Origin: an uncultured euryarchaeote
GTDB lineage: Archaea > Thermoplasmatota > Poseidoniia > Poseidoniales > Poseidoniaceae
DNA length: 64,000 bases
Direction of reading: 5' to 3'
Assembly: GCA_937892945.1 (NCBI GenBank)
Contig: CALBIL010000073.1
Location: forward strand, 1,470 to 65,469
Below the pieces are notes generated by a model that made no database searches, had not been told where the DNA came from, and saw nothing but the letters and a program-made list of their open reading frames with translations. Both the position numbers and the translations under genes were made by a program. Shown here piece by piece: positions 17,906-27,788 of this stretch (position 1 is the first letter of the stretch; every line of letters starts with the position of its first letter).

Positions 17906-19138
17906 ATGTTTTTATCCATGAACTTGAAGAACCTCCATGTATTGCAACAACTCATGGACCTCAGTCAAGACTGTTTCCTCGTCCCAGGCCCCGTGCGAAT
18001 GGGACAACCATGTCTCGATGCACTGTCCACACCAGTGATGACTGCACGTGGACCAGAATTCCGGGATGTCATGGCGCATCTCAACTCAGGATTAAGAAAT
18101 GCCTTCAATTTAGCACCCTCTGAACCAGTCCGTGGAGTGCAGTCATGGGCAGGGGATGATGAGTACAAGGTTGTCGTTGTATCCGGAAGTGGAACAGCTG
18201 CTATGGAAATGGTTATCGCAAATCGATTCCGTTCGAATGATTTAGTCTTGGTCCCAACCAATGGTAAGTTTGGCGAGCGAGTTGCAGAAATGTGTCAACG
18301 GTTTTGTAATGTTAAACATCTCAAATATGAATGGGGACGAGCCTTTGATTTGTATGAACTTGAACAGCAACTGGAACGAGGGTGCTATGAATCACTTTTG
18401 ATTTGCCACAATGAGACCAGTACTGGAATTACCCAAGATGCTGCTGCCATTGCTGAAATGTGTGCTCGGCACAACACCTCATTCATTCTCGATGGAATCA
18501 CTTCAGTTGGTGGCATGCCAGTACATCCAACCGAATGGAATGCGGAAGCTGTGGTCGTAGGAGCGCAAAAATGTACGGCTGGACCGTCTGGTATCGCTGC
18601 AATTGCACTCCATTCAACTTTCATTGAACGGGTTCATGCGATTCGAGACCAAGGAGATTCAAATCCAAACTACTACCTCGATTTAGTAGCCGCTCTCAAA
18701 GAGGGTGGCGATGACCAAACACCTTGGACACCAGCAGTGAACCTTGCCATGGGCTGGGGTGCTGCCCTGGAGGCGCTCAAGAATGAATCGAATAAGGTTC
18801 GTTGGGACCGCTGTGAAACGATGGCAAATGGGGTTCGAAATCTCTTCTTGGATCTCGGTTTTGAATTGCTTGCAGATGCAGAACAACGAAGCAACACGGT
18901 CACTTCAATTCTCTATCCAGAAGGCATTAATGATGCGTGGAGGACCCGTCTCAAAGAAGAGTTCAACACACAAGTAATTGGGGCACAAGACCACCTCAAA
19001 GGGAAAATGTTCAGGGTCGGTTCAATGGGAGAAACACCCATCGGCGAAATGGTCGAAGGATGCAAACGCATGATTGATTGTTTCACTTCATTCGGAATGG
19101 AACTTCCTAAAGTCGATCTTGAATCGTATTTTGTATGA
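17906..19138 (+). CDS. class V aminotransferase (serine-pyruvate/alanine-glyoxylate or archaeal phosphoserine aminotransferase type)
   Basis: ORF 17897..19138 starts at TTG, with ATGs at 17906 and 17918. It reads LVPGPV...VVSGSGTAAMEMVIAN...HNETSTG...VVGAQKCTAGPSG, with the PLP-lysine in the QK context. Confidence 0.85.
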   Translation: MFLSMNLKNLHVLQQLMDLSQDCFLVPGPVRMGQPCLDALSTPVMTARGPEFRDVMAHLNSGLRNAFNLAPSEPVRGVQSWAGDDEYKVVVVSGSGTAAMEMVIANRFRSNDLVLVPTNGKFGERVAEMCQRFCNVKHLKYEWGRAFDLYELEQQLERGCYESLLICHNETSTGITQDAAAIAEMCARHNTSFILDGITSVGGMPVHPTEWNAEAVVVGAQKCTAGPSGIAAIALHSTFIERVHAIRDQGDSNPNYYLDLVAALKEGGDDQTPWTPAVNLAMGWGAALEALKNESNKVRWDRCETMANGVRNLFLDLGFELLADAEQRSNTVTSILYPEGINDAWRTRLKEEFNTQVIGAQDHLKGKMFRVGSMGETPIGEMVEGCKRMIDCFTSFGMELPKVDLESYFV

Positions 19139-19147
19139 GGTGACATT

Positions 19148-19699
19148 ATGGCGAGGTACATCGTGTTAGGGCGTTTTCAACCCTTTCACATGGGCCATGA
19201 ATATTTGGTGAGGTCCGCATTAGACCATGTTGAAGACGGAGACCAACTTGTCGTTGCGATCGGTTCAAAACAGGCAGAGTGGGAACCTGATAATCCATGG
19301 ACGGCGGAGGAACGCCAAGCCATGATTCAGGCGTGGGCTACCCAGGCAGATATCGAGATCGAAATTGTAGCCATTGAGGACATCAACGACCCACCAAATT
19401 GGGTCACACATGCTGAAAAGGTTCATGGAAACGGAATACTCGTGACCACTGATGATGCAACCTCAGACTTGTATCGAGAGGCAGGCTATGAAATACGAAA
19501 TCCTAAGATGAATCAGCGTGAACAGTTTGAAGGATGGCGCGTCCGTCAAACTGCAAAAATGCTCTCAACAGTGTACGATGATGAGGCAGTGCGAGAAGTG
19601 CTCAAGGCAAGCATTCCGTCATCAGTGATCGAATGGTTGATTGAAACGGACGGACTCTTCCGGCTTTCTACCTTTGAAACCGGAGTCCATGCAGGTTGA
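19148..19699 (+). CDS. nadM: nicotinamide-nucleotide adenylyltransferase, archaeal type
   Basis: MARYIVLGRFQPFHMGHEYLV...VAIGSKQ...NPWTAEER matches the archaeal NMNAT N-terminus (GRFQPFH.GH, IGSAQ, NPFTAGER). Confidence 0.9.
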   Translation: MARYIVLGRFQPFHMGHEYLVRSALDHVEDGDQLVVAIGSKQAEWEPDNPWTAEERQAMIQAWATQADIEIEIVAIEDINDPPNWVTHAEKVHGNGILVTTDDATSDLYREAGYEIRNPKMNQREQFEGWRVRQTAKMLSTVYDDEAVREVLKASIPSSVIEWLIETDGLFRLSTFETGVHAG

Positions 19700-19948
19700 T
19701 TACTTTTTGAAGAATTTCTTTTTGACTTCTTTTTTCATTTGCTCTTTAGCTGCTGCTTGTATTTTTTCTTCTGCTTTTGCTTTGATTCCACTGGCCATGG
19801 AAGAGAATTTGTCCTTAGCAGCATTCTTGATTGGCTTGGTTACTTCATCAATAACTTGACGTTGAGCAGATTGAGTAGCACTCTTTGCTGCCTTCTTTGC
19901 AGCAGTACCTGCTGCACTGGCTGCCTTACCTGCAATTTTCTTGACCAT
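19700..19948 (-). CDS. small Lys/Ala-rich basic protein (hypothetical)
   Basis: ORF 19700..19954(-). The track start is TTG and the ATG is at 19948. It encodes 82 aa: MVKKIAGKAASAAGTAAKKAAKSATQSAQRQVIDEVTKPIKNAAKDKFSSMASGIKAKAEEKIQAAAKEQMKKEVKKKFFKK. It lies 39 nt downstream of the grpE stop on the same strand and fills the gap to nadM exactly. The opposite-strand ORF is Cys/Phe/Leu-rich and implausible. Confidence 0.45.
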   Translation of the reverse strand: MVKKIAGKAASAAGTAAKKAAKSATQSAQRQVIDEVTKPIKNAAKDKFSSMASGIKAKAEEKIQAAAKEQMKKEVKKKFFKK

Positions 19949-19987
19949 GAACAACCGAAAGCCTCGCCACAGAAGAAACTTGTGGTA

Positions 19988-20569
19988 TCACTCATCGGAT
20001 GCCACGACAACACGTGCTGCAAAAAGAATTCGCTGCTTGTACATGTAACCTGCTTCAAGAACATCAACAACAGAACCAGCAGGGAAGGCATCTGATGCTG
20101 GAATCGTAGTAATTGCTTCCATCTTGGCTGGGTCGAATGGTTGGCCTTTCGCTTCAATTGGAGTCACACCATCCGCAGAAAGTTCATGCCACATTTTGTT
20201 TCTCAAAAGGCGTAGACCTTGAGCCACAGCCGAAGTATCGTCTTTGTCAAGATTATTCAGTGCACGGTCAACATCACCCAAAACAGTCAACATTCGTCGT
20301 GCAAGACCCATTCCACTGTATTGGACGAGGTCTGCTTTTTCTGCCATGAGGCGTTTTCGAACATTCTGAATTTCAGCATCTTTGTAAGCAATCTCTTTTT
20401 CTGCTTTTTCCGCACGGGCAAGAGCTTCTTCCAACGGATCGAGTTCTTCAATTTCAATTGAATCTGCCAAGTCGATCGTATCGGCCCCTTCTTCCACAAT
20501 TGGGATTGTGTCATCGCTTTCGATGATGTTTTCTTCCGGTTCTTCCGAAGGCAATTCGTCACTCATCAT
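19988..20569 (-). CDS. grpE: nucleotide exchange factor GrpE
   Basis: Acidic N-terminus, then AYKDAEIQNVRKRLMAEKADLVQYSGMGLARRMLTVLGDVDRAL...GQPFDPAKMEAI...V.EAGYMYKQRILFAARVVVA. This is the GrpE pattern. Confidence 0.9.
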   Translation of the reverse strand: MMSDELPSEEPEENIIESDDTIPIVEEGADTIDLADSIEIEELDPLEEALARAEKAEKEIAYKDAEIQNVRKRLMAEKADLVQYSGMGLARRMLTVLGDVDRALNNLDKDDTSAVAQGLRLLRNKMWHELSADGVTPIEAKGQPFDPAKMEAITTIPASDAFPAGSVVDVLEAGYMYKQRILFAARVVVASDE

Positions 20570-20602
20570 GTAAGGCGTTACGGAAGTGGTCTTTGAACCC
20601 CT

Positions 20603-21358
20603 CTACTCATCGAGAAGGTACTGTCTGAGATTCCACTGGCCATGTCCCCATTGGCCTGCCTTGAGGTGCTCTCTTCCCAAGATCCCAACAAGTGTAGAGG
20701 AAGTGTCGCAAAGCGTAATGGTATAGACCAAGGCACGGGCCGCTCGGTCATGTGCTTCATAGGTTGGAACTATTTTGGCATCTTCGCTTTCATCGAGTGT
20801 TTCGCCAAGCTCTTTTCGACGACCCATCCAATCGAGACATACGAGTTCAGAAAATTCTTCTTCTGGAATACCTTTGAGTCGGTGAACGAGTGCTTCCCAT
20901 GTCGATTCTGCATACAAGTCTTCACTGTCAGCAATTGTTCGCCCTAATGCCACATCGAGGTAAAGAAAAGCACGGCCTTCCCAAACTTCCCAAGCACCCG
21001 GACTGGACCATTCCATGAGATGGAGCAAACCTTGAACCCCATCGTTTAATGTTCGCAGGACTTCCAAAACTGTACCGGTGTGTTCGGTTCCTACCGAATC
21101 CATCCAATCGAGGATTTCTGCTTCACAATCGATATCAAAGGTACGCTTTAATCGTCCATCAAAAGGAGGTCTTTGGTCGCGAAATTGGCCCTTTTCCATT
21201 CCTTGATAGAGTTCAGTCCAAGAGCGTTCGAGAAGCATCTCCAAACTTGGCGTATCGACAAGCAAGAGAACCAATTCTATGCCCATAATTGAATCCAAAA
21301 GGTGGTGTGGTTTGATGTCATCGGCATCGTGCTGAAGAAATGAAAGCAGTGAATCCAC
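20603..21358 (-). CDS. hypothetical acidic cytoplasmic protein upstream of grpE
   Basis: ORF 20603..21358(-). The track start is GTG and the first ATG is at 21286. It encodes 251 aa with no TM segment and no motif I recognise. It ends 33 nt before the grpE start on the same strand. Confidence 0.5.
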   Translation of the reverse strand: MDSLLSFLQHDADDIKPHHLLDSIMGIELVLLLVDTPSLEMLLERSWTELYQGMEKGQFRDQRPPFDGRLKRTFDIDCEAEILDWMDSVGTEHTGTVLEVLRTLNDGVQGLLHLMEWSSPGAWEVWEGRAFLYLDVALGRTIADSEDLYAESTWEALVHRLKGIPEEEFSELVCLDWMGRRKELGETLDESEDAKIVPTYEAHDRAARALVYTITLCDTSSTLVGILGREHLKAGQWGHGQWNLRQYLLDE

Positions 21359-21418
21359 TGATTCAAGAGAAGAGCATTGAAGAAGAACGGTTGGCCCGAG
21401 TCACATGGAGGCTTTGTT

Positions 21419-22534
21419 ATGGCGACAATTAAGGAGCAGATCGATTTGATCCGCGTCGAGATTGATAAGACCCAAAAGAACAAGGCTACAAACGCGCACA
21501 TTGGCAAACTCAAAGCCAAAATTGCACAATTAAAAATCAAGGAAGAAAGAGCGCATGCTCACTCGAAAGCAAGTGGTGGCGGTAAAGGGTTTGAAGTCAA
21601 AAAGTCAGGTGATGCAACTGTAGCACTGGTTGGTTTCCCATCAGTAGGAAAGTCCACGTTGATCTCTAAAGTGACCGATGCCCACTCGGAAGTAGCAGGT
21701 TATGCCTTTACGACCCTCACCTGTATCCCAGGAGTAATGGAACACCGAGGTGCTAAAATTCAGATTTTGGATTTGCCTGGTTTGATTAAAGGTGCAGCAG
21801 AAGGAAAAGGTCGTGGACGAGAAATCCTCAACGTTATTCGAAGTGCTGACATGGTTTTGTACATCGTGGACCCTTTCCAAGATGCTCACTTCAATGTTTT
21901 ACATCGTGAGTTACACAATGCAGGCCTTCGACTCAATGAAACCAAACCTCCCGTCTTCATCAAGCGCACAGACCGAGGTGGAATCGACGTTCGTACAACC
22001 GTTGAACAAACCTTTCTCACCGATGAAGAAATGAGTGAAATCATTCGTTCTTTTGGATACACATCAGCAATTGTCACCTTGCGTAATAACACGACTGCAG
22101 AACAAATCGTTGACTGTTTAGCCGAGAATCGAATCTATGAAAAAGCAGTTATTGCAATCAATAAAATCGACATTGCGACTGAGGAAGATTTAGTGCGTTC
22201 ACGAAAGTCCTTACCAGCAGACTGGCCAGTTATGAGAATCTCCGCCTTCAAGGATATCGGCCTCGATGAATTGAAGGACTTTATTTATGATAATCTTGGA
22301 TTTATGCGAGTGTATCTCAAACCGCAGGGTCAAGATGCAGACATGGAAGAGCCACTTATCGTCAAAGACGACACAACGGTTCAACACATCTGTAACAAGT
22401 TGCACAGAGATTTCGTTCGTAAATTCCGCTATGCTCGCGTGAAGGGGCCCAGTGCGAAATTCGACTGGCAGCGTGTCGGTCTCGACCATCTTCTCAAAGA
22501 TGGTGATTTAATCACGATTGTTGTACGTCGTTGA
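21419..22534 (+). CDS. DRG-family (Obg-like) GTPase with C-terminal TGS domain
   Basis: ORF 21377..22534 starts at TTG, with an ATG at 21419. It reads MATIKEQIDLIRVEIDKTQKNKATNAHIGKLKAKIAQLK, G1 LVGFPSVGKST, G3 DLPGLI, NKID, and a TGS-like end (RVYLKPQG...KFDWQRVGLDHLLKDGDLITI). Confidence 0.9.
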   Translation: MATIKEQIDLIRVEIDKTQKNKATNAHIGKLKAKIAQLKIKEERAHAHSKASGGGKGFEVKKSGDATVALVGFPSVGKSTLISKVTDAHSEVAGYAFTTLTCIPGVMEHRGAKIQILDLPGLIKGAAEGKGRGREILNVIRSADMVLYIVDPFQDAHFNVLHRELHNAGLRLNETKPPVFIKRTDRGGIDVRTTVEQTFLTDEEMSEIIRSFGYTSAIVTLRNNTTAEQIVDCLAENRIYEKAVIAINKIDIATEEDLVRSRKSLPADWPVMRISAFKDIGLDELKDFIYDNLGFMRVYLKPQGQDADMEEPLIVKDDTTVQHICNKLHRDFVRKFRYARVKGPSAKFDWQRVGLDHLLKDGDLITIVVRR

Positions 22535-22535
22535 T

Positions 22536-22853
22536 TTAATCCCAAATACCCATGTCCATACGGGCATCTTCTGTAGCGTGGATTTTTGGATCCCATCGAG
22601 GGGTCCAGACAAGATTGATATGGACACTTTCGAGACCGACAGTTTGTAATGCTGCTCGATGGGCTGCAGCCATTATTTCAGGTGCAGCTGGACAACCAGG
22701 GGAAGTTAGAGTCAAATCTATTTCTGCGTGAAGAACTTCGTCTTTTTCTTCAAAACGGACATCGTAAACAAGTCCTAATTCGACGATGGATAATTCCAAT
22801 TCAGGGTCTTCAACTTCATCTAATTGCGTCATAACATCTTGCTTTTCAACCAT
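22536..22853 (-). CDS. sufT: Fe-S assembly protein SufT / DUF59 (MIP18 family)
   Basis: 105 aa. It reads L..VEDPELELSIVELGLVYDV...LTLTSPGCPAAPEI...V.INLVWTPRWDP, the DUF59 signature with the conserved Cys. Confidence 0.85.
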   Translation of the reverse strand: MVEKQDVMTQLDEVEDPELELSIVELGLVYDVRFEEKDEVLHAEIDLTLTSPGCPAAPEIMAAAHRAALQTVGLESVHINLVWTPRWDPKIHATEDARMDMGIWD

Positions 22854-22862
22854 AATAAAACC

Positions 22863-23273
22863 TCATTCAAGTCCTCGAATATCTTTCATCACCTTGTCGA
22901 ACATGTTGCGGAATCCATTTGAACGACTTGGAGAGAGTGTGTTGAGAATTCCCATCTCTTCTGCAAAGTCAGGAGAGAGAAGTAAGGCTTGGGCAGGAGC
23001 AGTTCCATTGATGGCAATACTCAGAATCCCCATGAGACCTTGAACCAGTTTTGCATCAGCACCAGCGAGTAAGAGGACCTTGCCGTCATCCAATTCGACG
23101 TGTACATGTGCTTCAGATTGACATCCAAGAACTCTTGATTCGTCATCCCACCGTTCAAGAGGATAAGGAATCACTTCATCGGCCATATCAAACACCATTT
23201 CAAGGCGCTCCATTTTATCTTCGATTTCCCTAAACTCTTCAATTAATTCAGAAAGTTCTTCAGGATACGTCAT
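22863..23273 (-). CDS. sufE: cysteine desulfuration protein SufE
   Basis: ORF 22863..23402(-). The internal Met at 23273 gives MTYPEELSELIEEFREIEDKMERLEMV...SRVLGCQSEAHVHVE...VQGLMGIL...SPSRSNGFRNM. The ATG overlaps the sufS TGA (ATGA at 23273..23270). Confidence 0.85.
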   Translation of the reverse strand: MTYPEELSELIEEFREIEDKMERLEMVFDMADEVIPYPLERWDDESRVLGCQSEAHVHVELDDGKVLLLAGADAKLVQGLMGILSIAINGTAPAQALLLSPDFAEEMGILNTLSPSRSNGFRNMFDKVMKDIRGLE

Positions 23274-24463
23274 CCAAACCTCTCCGTTATTTCTTTGAGC
23301 TGTTGGACAAAGAGTTCTGCTTCCTCCATGGTATTGTACAGATAAAAGGATGCTCGAACAGTGCCGCTCACGCCGAGGCGGTTGAGTAAGGGTTGTGCGC
23401 AATGATGCCCGGTTCGGACTGCAAAGCCTCGTGCATCAAACAAATGAGCCAAGTCTTCACTGTGGATTGTTGGATGATTAAAGGAAACTACGGCGCTGTC
23501 CTGTTTCTCATGACGGCCATAGACCGACATACCGAGAGTTCGCAATTCTGCAGCAACCCATCGCCCAATTCCAATGAGTCGTTGATGTTCCTTTTTCAAA
23601 TCAAGTGTCGACATCCAATCCAAGGCCGCACACCAACCAACCGCTTCAGCGATACGAGGTGTTCCCGCTTCGAACTTATGTTCATCCGTTTGATACGTCG
23701 AACCGGTGATTGTGACGGTTTCAATCATGTCACCGCCGCCCATGAATGGTTGCATTGTTTCAAACACATCAGGATGTATCAGAAGTGCTCCAATGCCTGT
23801 AGGACCACACATCTTGTGAGCTGAGAACGCCATAAAATCTGCACCAAACTCTTGGAAGTTAATTCGCTCATGAGGAACGCCTTGTGCTGCATCAACCAAA
23901 ACTAAAGCGCCCTTTGAATGGGCAAGTTCAATGATTTCTTCCATTGGATTACGCACGCCTAAAACATTTGATGTATGGACGACACAGACAAGTTTCGCAC
24001 CATCTAAAGATGCTGCATAGGCATCCATATCGAGCGTAAAGTTTTCCATGACGGGAACATATCGTAACTCGATCTTTCGCTCTTCTGCAAGCATCTGCCA
24101 AGGGACAATATCGGAATGATGCTCCATTTCAGTCAAGACAATGACATCACCTTCGGAGAGATTTGCTCGGCCCCATGAATGAGCAACGAGATTAATGGCT
24201 TCTGTCGTTCCACTGGTGAGAACTGCACGTTCTGCGTTAAACCATTCCTTCAACTTGGTTCTGCATGATTCATACCCCTCAGTTGCTTCACCTGCGAGTG
24301 TGTGAACTGCTCGGTGGACATTTGCGTTGGAGGAGGTATAATAATCGTTCATTGCATCCAAAACGACTTGTGGTTTCTGTGTCGTGGCTGCATTATCGAG
24401 ATAGATTAACGGGAAACCGTTAACCTCACGCTTGAGAATCGGAAAATCATCACGTATTGCCAT
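23270..24463 (-). CDS. sufS: cysteine desulfurase SufS (group II)
   Basis: ORF 23270..24577(-). The internal Met at 24463 is preceded by GGTGAGG. It reads MAIRDDFPILKREVNGFPLIYLDNAATTQKP...SAHKMCGPTGIG...RTGHHCAQP. Confidence 0.93.
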   Translation of the reverse strand: MAIRDDFPILKREVNGFPLIYLDNAATTQKPQVVLDAMNDYYTSSNANVHRAVHTLAGEATEGYESCRTKLKEWFNAERAVLTSGTTEAINLVAHSWGRANLSEGDVIVLTEMEHHSDIVPWQMLAEERKIELRYVPVMENFTLDMDAYAASLDGAKLVCVVHTSNVLGVRNPMEEIIELAHSKGALVLVDAAQGVPHERINFQEFGADFMAFSAHKMCGPTGIGALLIHPDVFETMQPFMGGGDMIETVTITGSTYQTDEHKFEAGTPRIAEAVGWCAALDWMSTLDLKKEHQRLIGIGRWVAAELRTLGMSVYGRHEKQDSAVVSFNHPTIHSEDLAHLFDARGFAVRTGHHCAQPLLNRLGVSGTVRASFYLYNTMEEAELFVQQLKEITERFG

Positions 24464-24467
24464 AACC

Positions 24468-25508
24468 TCACCTTTTGAGTTCACATTCGAGATGAACAGT
24501 AAGTCGAGTTCGCATTTCCTCAATGAGGAATTTGTTTGTAAGATTTGAAAACGCATTGAGAAGAAAACCATTGACAATCATTGCTTGCGATTCTTCTGGA
24601 CTTAATCCTCTTGACATTAAGTAATGCATTTGATTCTTGTCAACAGGTGCACTCGCTGCTCCATGAGCAGCAGAAACATCATCAGCGAGAACTTCGAGTT
24701 CAGGTATTGCTTCTGCTCTTGCCTTTTCGGAAAGAAGGAGATTACGGAAAACCTGAGATGCATCGGATTTATTCGCTCCTTCAGCAATGGTGAGTAGGCC
24801 TGTGCCAATGAAATGGCTGCTTCCAGCGCATGCAGAATTCATGACTAAATCTGAATTTGTACGACCATGGAGATGATGAATCTCGACATGTTGATCTTCA
24901 TGACGAGCACCGATGGCATTGACCGTGACGGATTGACGGATTGATGCACCCGTTCCATTCAGGGTGCTGCGTAGATCCGATTTACATCTGAATCCGCCGA
25001 CAGAAAGTGTGGCATGTTCAAGTTCAGCATCTCGTTCAATCATCCAATCTTCGCATCGAAGGAATTTGGTATTGGAGTCGAGTTCGTTGATGAAGCCAAA
25101 AGAAAGTTGAGCATTCGGATGAATCGTGCCAGTGATGTGGAGTCCGACCCATTCCGGTTCACCCGAAATATGAATGAAAACAACAGCGGAACCTTTGATC
25201 TCGAGTTCGAGATGTCCTACTGCGACATGTCCTGAGGCTCGAGCATTAATGTGAACTGGTTCAGATGATTCATTGATGATCAAACGACTGGATGAGCCAC
25301 CGGCAGCCTGTAAAAAGGCTCGAGCAATGTCATCATAAGAATGGTCAGTCGGTGCAACTGCTTCGAATGCATCTCCGCCTTCAAGAGAAAAAATCACTTC
25401 ATCTGCTTTTGGTACTTCATCGGTAACAGTTGGATGGATACGAGGCCAAGGAGTGTAGCGCCACAAATGTTCTGAACGAGGAGGGATAGCCATCTGTTGG
25501 TAGTTCAT
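24468..25508 (-). CDS. sufD: Fe-S cluster assembly protein SufD
   Basis: 346 aa, a SufB/SufD-family beta-helix sequence ending ...[36 protein letters not shown]. The ATG overlaps the sufB stop (ATGA at 25508..25505). Confidence 0.88.
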   Translation of the reverse strand: MNYQQMAIPPRSEHLWRYTPWPRIHPTVTDEVPKADEVIFSLEGGDAFEAVAPTDHSYDDIARAFLQAAGGSSSRLIINESSEPVHINARASGHVAVGHLELEIKGSAVVFIHISGEPEWVGLHITGTIHPNAQLSFGFINELDSNTKFLRCEDWMIERDAELEHATLSVGGFRCKSDLRSTLNGTGASIRQSVTVNAIGARHEDQHVEIHHLHGRTNSDLVMNSACAGSSHFIGTGLLTIAEGANKSDASQVFRNLLLSEKARAEAIPELEVLADDVSAAHGAASAPVDKNQMHYLMSRGLSPEESQAMIVNGFLLNAFSNLTNKFLIEEMRTRLTVHLECELKR

Positions 25509-26911
25509 CCAATGGAACCCTCCATTTCCAATTCGAGTAGCTTGTTCAACTCCAATGCATATTCCATCGGAAGTTCTCTGGTAAAGGGTTCAAAGAATCC
25601 ATTGACAATCAAGCCCATTGCTTCATCTTCGGTAAATCCACGACTCATGAGATAGAACAATTGGTCACTTGAAACCTTCGAGACACTCGCCTCATGCTCC
25701 AAATCTGCAGTCGAATTGCCGATTTCCATGGTCGGGTATGTATCGGAACGAGAATAATCATCGAGGATAAGAGCGTCACAAACAATCTTTGATCGGCACC
25801 CCGTTGATTTAGGAGTCACTTGAAGCAATCCACGGTAGGATGAACGACCACCTTTCTTTGAAATAGACTTTGAAATAATATTCGAGGTCGTGTTGGAGGC
25901 GAGATGGTGAACTTTTGCACCTGTGTCTTGGTGTTGCCCTTCTCCAGCATACGCCACCGAAATAACTTCTGCATGTGCACCTTCGCCCTTGAGAAGTACC
26001 GAGGGGTACTTCATTGTCAACTTAGAACCGATGTTTCCATCGACCCATTCGATGGTTGCATTCTTATGAGCAACAGCACGCTTGGTGACTAAATTGTAAA
26101 CGTTGCTCGACCAATTCTGAACGGTCGAATAACGGATTTTTGCACCTTCCATTGCAATGAGTTCAACCACTGCGGAATGCAATGAGTCAGTTGAATAACT
26201 CGGAGCTGTGCAACCTTCAACATAGTGAACTGAACTTCCTTCATCTGCAATGATGAGGGTTCGCTCAAATTGTCCCATGTTCTTGGCGTTAATACGAAAA
26301 TAGGCTTGAACCGGCATTTCAACGCTGATACCTTTCGGGATGTAGAGGAAGGAGCCTCCGGACCAAACGGCAGTATTGAGGGCAGAGAATTTATTGTCAC
26401 TGTGTGGAATGACTGTCCCAAAATACTTTTTGATGATTTCAGGAAATTGTTTCAGACCAGTATCCATATCAAGGAAAATGACGCCCTGCTCTTCCAAATC
26501 TTCTCGAATGGAGTGGTATACTGCTTCGGATTCGTATTGTGCAGTTACGCCACCAAGCCATTTCTGCTCGGCTTCAGGAATTCCGAGTCGGTCGAAGGTG
26601 TTCTTAATGTCATCAGGGACCTCATCCCAAGATGTTTCAGTTTTGTTCGAAGAGCGCAGGAAATAGGTAATACTCTCAAAGTCAATCTTGTTCAAGAGGT
26701 CACAATTCCCCCATTCAGGCATGACCCGTTCTACAAAATGACGGTAGGCTTTGACACGGATATCAGTCATCCATTCAGGTTCATTTTTGAGTTCGGAGAT
26801 ATCTCGGACGACTTGTTCAGAAAGTCCTTGATCGAAACGAATCGTTGAATTCTCTGGGTCGTGAAATCCATAGCGATAATCGCCAATAACGTCTTGTGCT
26901 TCATCAGTCAT
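25505..26911 (-). CDS. sufB: Fe-S cluster assembly protein SufB
   Basis: 468 aa. It reads YRYGFHDPE...[11 protein letters not shown]...[24 protein letters not shown]...[20 protein letters not shown], which is canonical SufB. Confidence 0.95.
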   Translation of the reverse strand: MTDEAQDVIGDYRYGFHDPENSTIRFDQGLSEQVVRDISELKNEPEWMTDIRVKAYRHFVERVMPEWGNCDLLNKIDFESITYFLRSSNKTETSWDEVPDDIKNTFDRLGIPEAEQKWLGGVTAQYESEAVYHSIREDLEEQGVIFLDMDTGLKQFPEIIKKYFGTVIPHSDNKFSALNTAVWSGGSFLYIPKGISVEMPVQAYFRINAKNMGQFERTLIIADEGSSVHYVEGCTAPSYSTDSLHSAVVELIAMEGAKIRYSTVQNWSSNVYNLVTKRAVAHKNATIEWVDGNIGSKLTMKYPSVLLKGEGAHAEVISVAYAGEGQHQDTGAKVHHLASNTTSNIISKSISKKGGRSSYRGLLQVTPKSTGCRSKIVCDALILDDYSRSDTYPTMEIGNSTADLEHEASVSKVSSDQLFYLMSRGFTEDEAMGLIVNGFFEPFTRELPMEYALELNKLLELEMEGSIG

Positions 26912-26920
26912 CTAAACACC

Positions 26921-27673
26921 TCATGCAGTTACATCGAGCCAATCATAGCCACGGTCTTCAAGTTCTAACGCCAATTCAGGGCCACCAGTTTGAACTATTG
27001 CTCCATTGATCATGGCGTGAACATAATCTGGCTTTACCAAATCAAGGAGGCGTTGATAGTGGGTAATGATCAAACAAGCCGAATCGACAGCGACTTCATT
27101 AATTCCTTTAGCGACGATTCGTAATGCATCGATATCGAGTCCGGAATCGGTTTCATCAAGTAATGCCAAATTGGGTTTGAGCAAAAGCATCTGTAAAATT
27201 TCGAGTCGCTTCTTTTCGCCGCCACTAAATCCATCGTTGACATACCGTGAAAGGAAACTTTTGTCCATGGATAATTGTTCCATGGCAGCGGTTAATTCTT
27301 TGCGGAATGCTCGACCCTTTGGCGCTTCATCTCGTACAGAGGTGACTGCCTTCTTGAGGAATGTCCCGACTTGAACACCAGGAATAACTGCGGGGTATTG
27401 GAATGAGAGGAACATACCAGCACGGGCCCGTTCAAAAACAGCAAGTTCTTCCAGAGGTTGACCCCTGTAGAAGATGCTGCCTTCAGTAATTACATAGGCT
27501 GGATGGCCCATGACTACATTCGCCAAAGTGGACTTCCCTGCACCGTTCCGACCCATAATAGCGTGGATTTCACCACGATGAATTGTGAGGTTTACGCCTT
27601 TCAAAATTGACGTTCCTTCGACGGTAACATGGAGATTTTCAATTCGTAAGATCTCTTCAGCCACTACCCTCAC
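26921..27673 (-). CDS. sufC: Fe-S cluster assembly ATPase SufC
   Basis: GTG start with no nearby ATG. Walker [10 protein letters not shown], the signature FSGGEKKR, Walker [13 protein letters not shown] and the H-loop ITHY are all present. Confidence 0.95.
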   Translation of the reverse strand: MRVVAEEILRIENLHVTVEGTSILKGVNLTIHRGEIHAIMGRNGAGKSTLANVVMGHPAYVITEGSIFYRGQPLEELAVFERARAGMFLSFQYPAVIPGVQVGTFLKKAVTSVRDEAPKGRAFRKELTAAMEQLSMDKSFLSRYVNDGFSGGEKKRLEILQMLLLKPNLALLDETDSGLDIDALRIVAKGINEVAVDSACLIITHYQRLLDLVKPDYVHAMINGAIVQTGGPELALELEDRGYDWLDVTA

Positions 27674-27788
27674 CCAATTACCCCTCGCGGAGCTCCTTTA
27701 TCAAGTGGTGTAATCTTCACCAATACCGGTAACAGCGGAGATACCACTCAATAATACAATTGAAGAAGAAGAGGAGTGAGCGAGAGTC

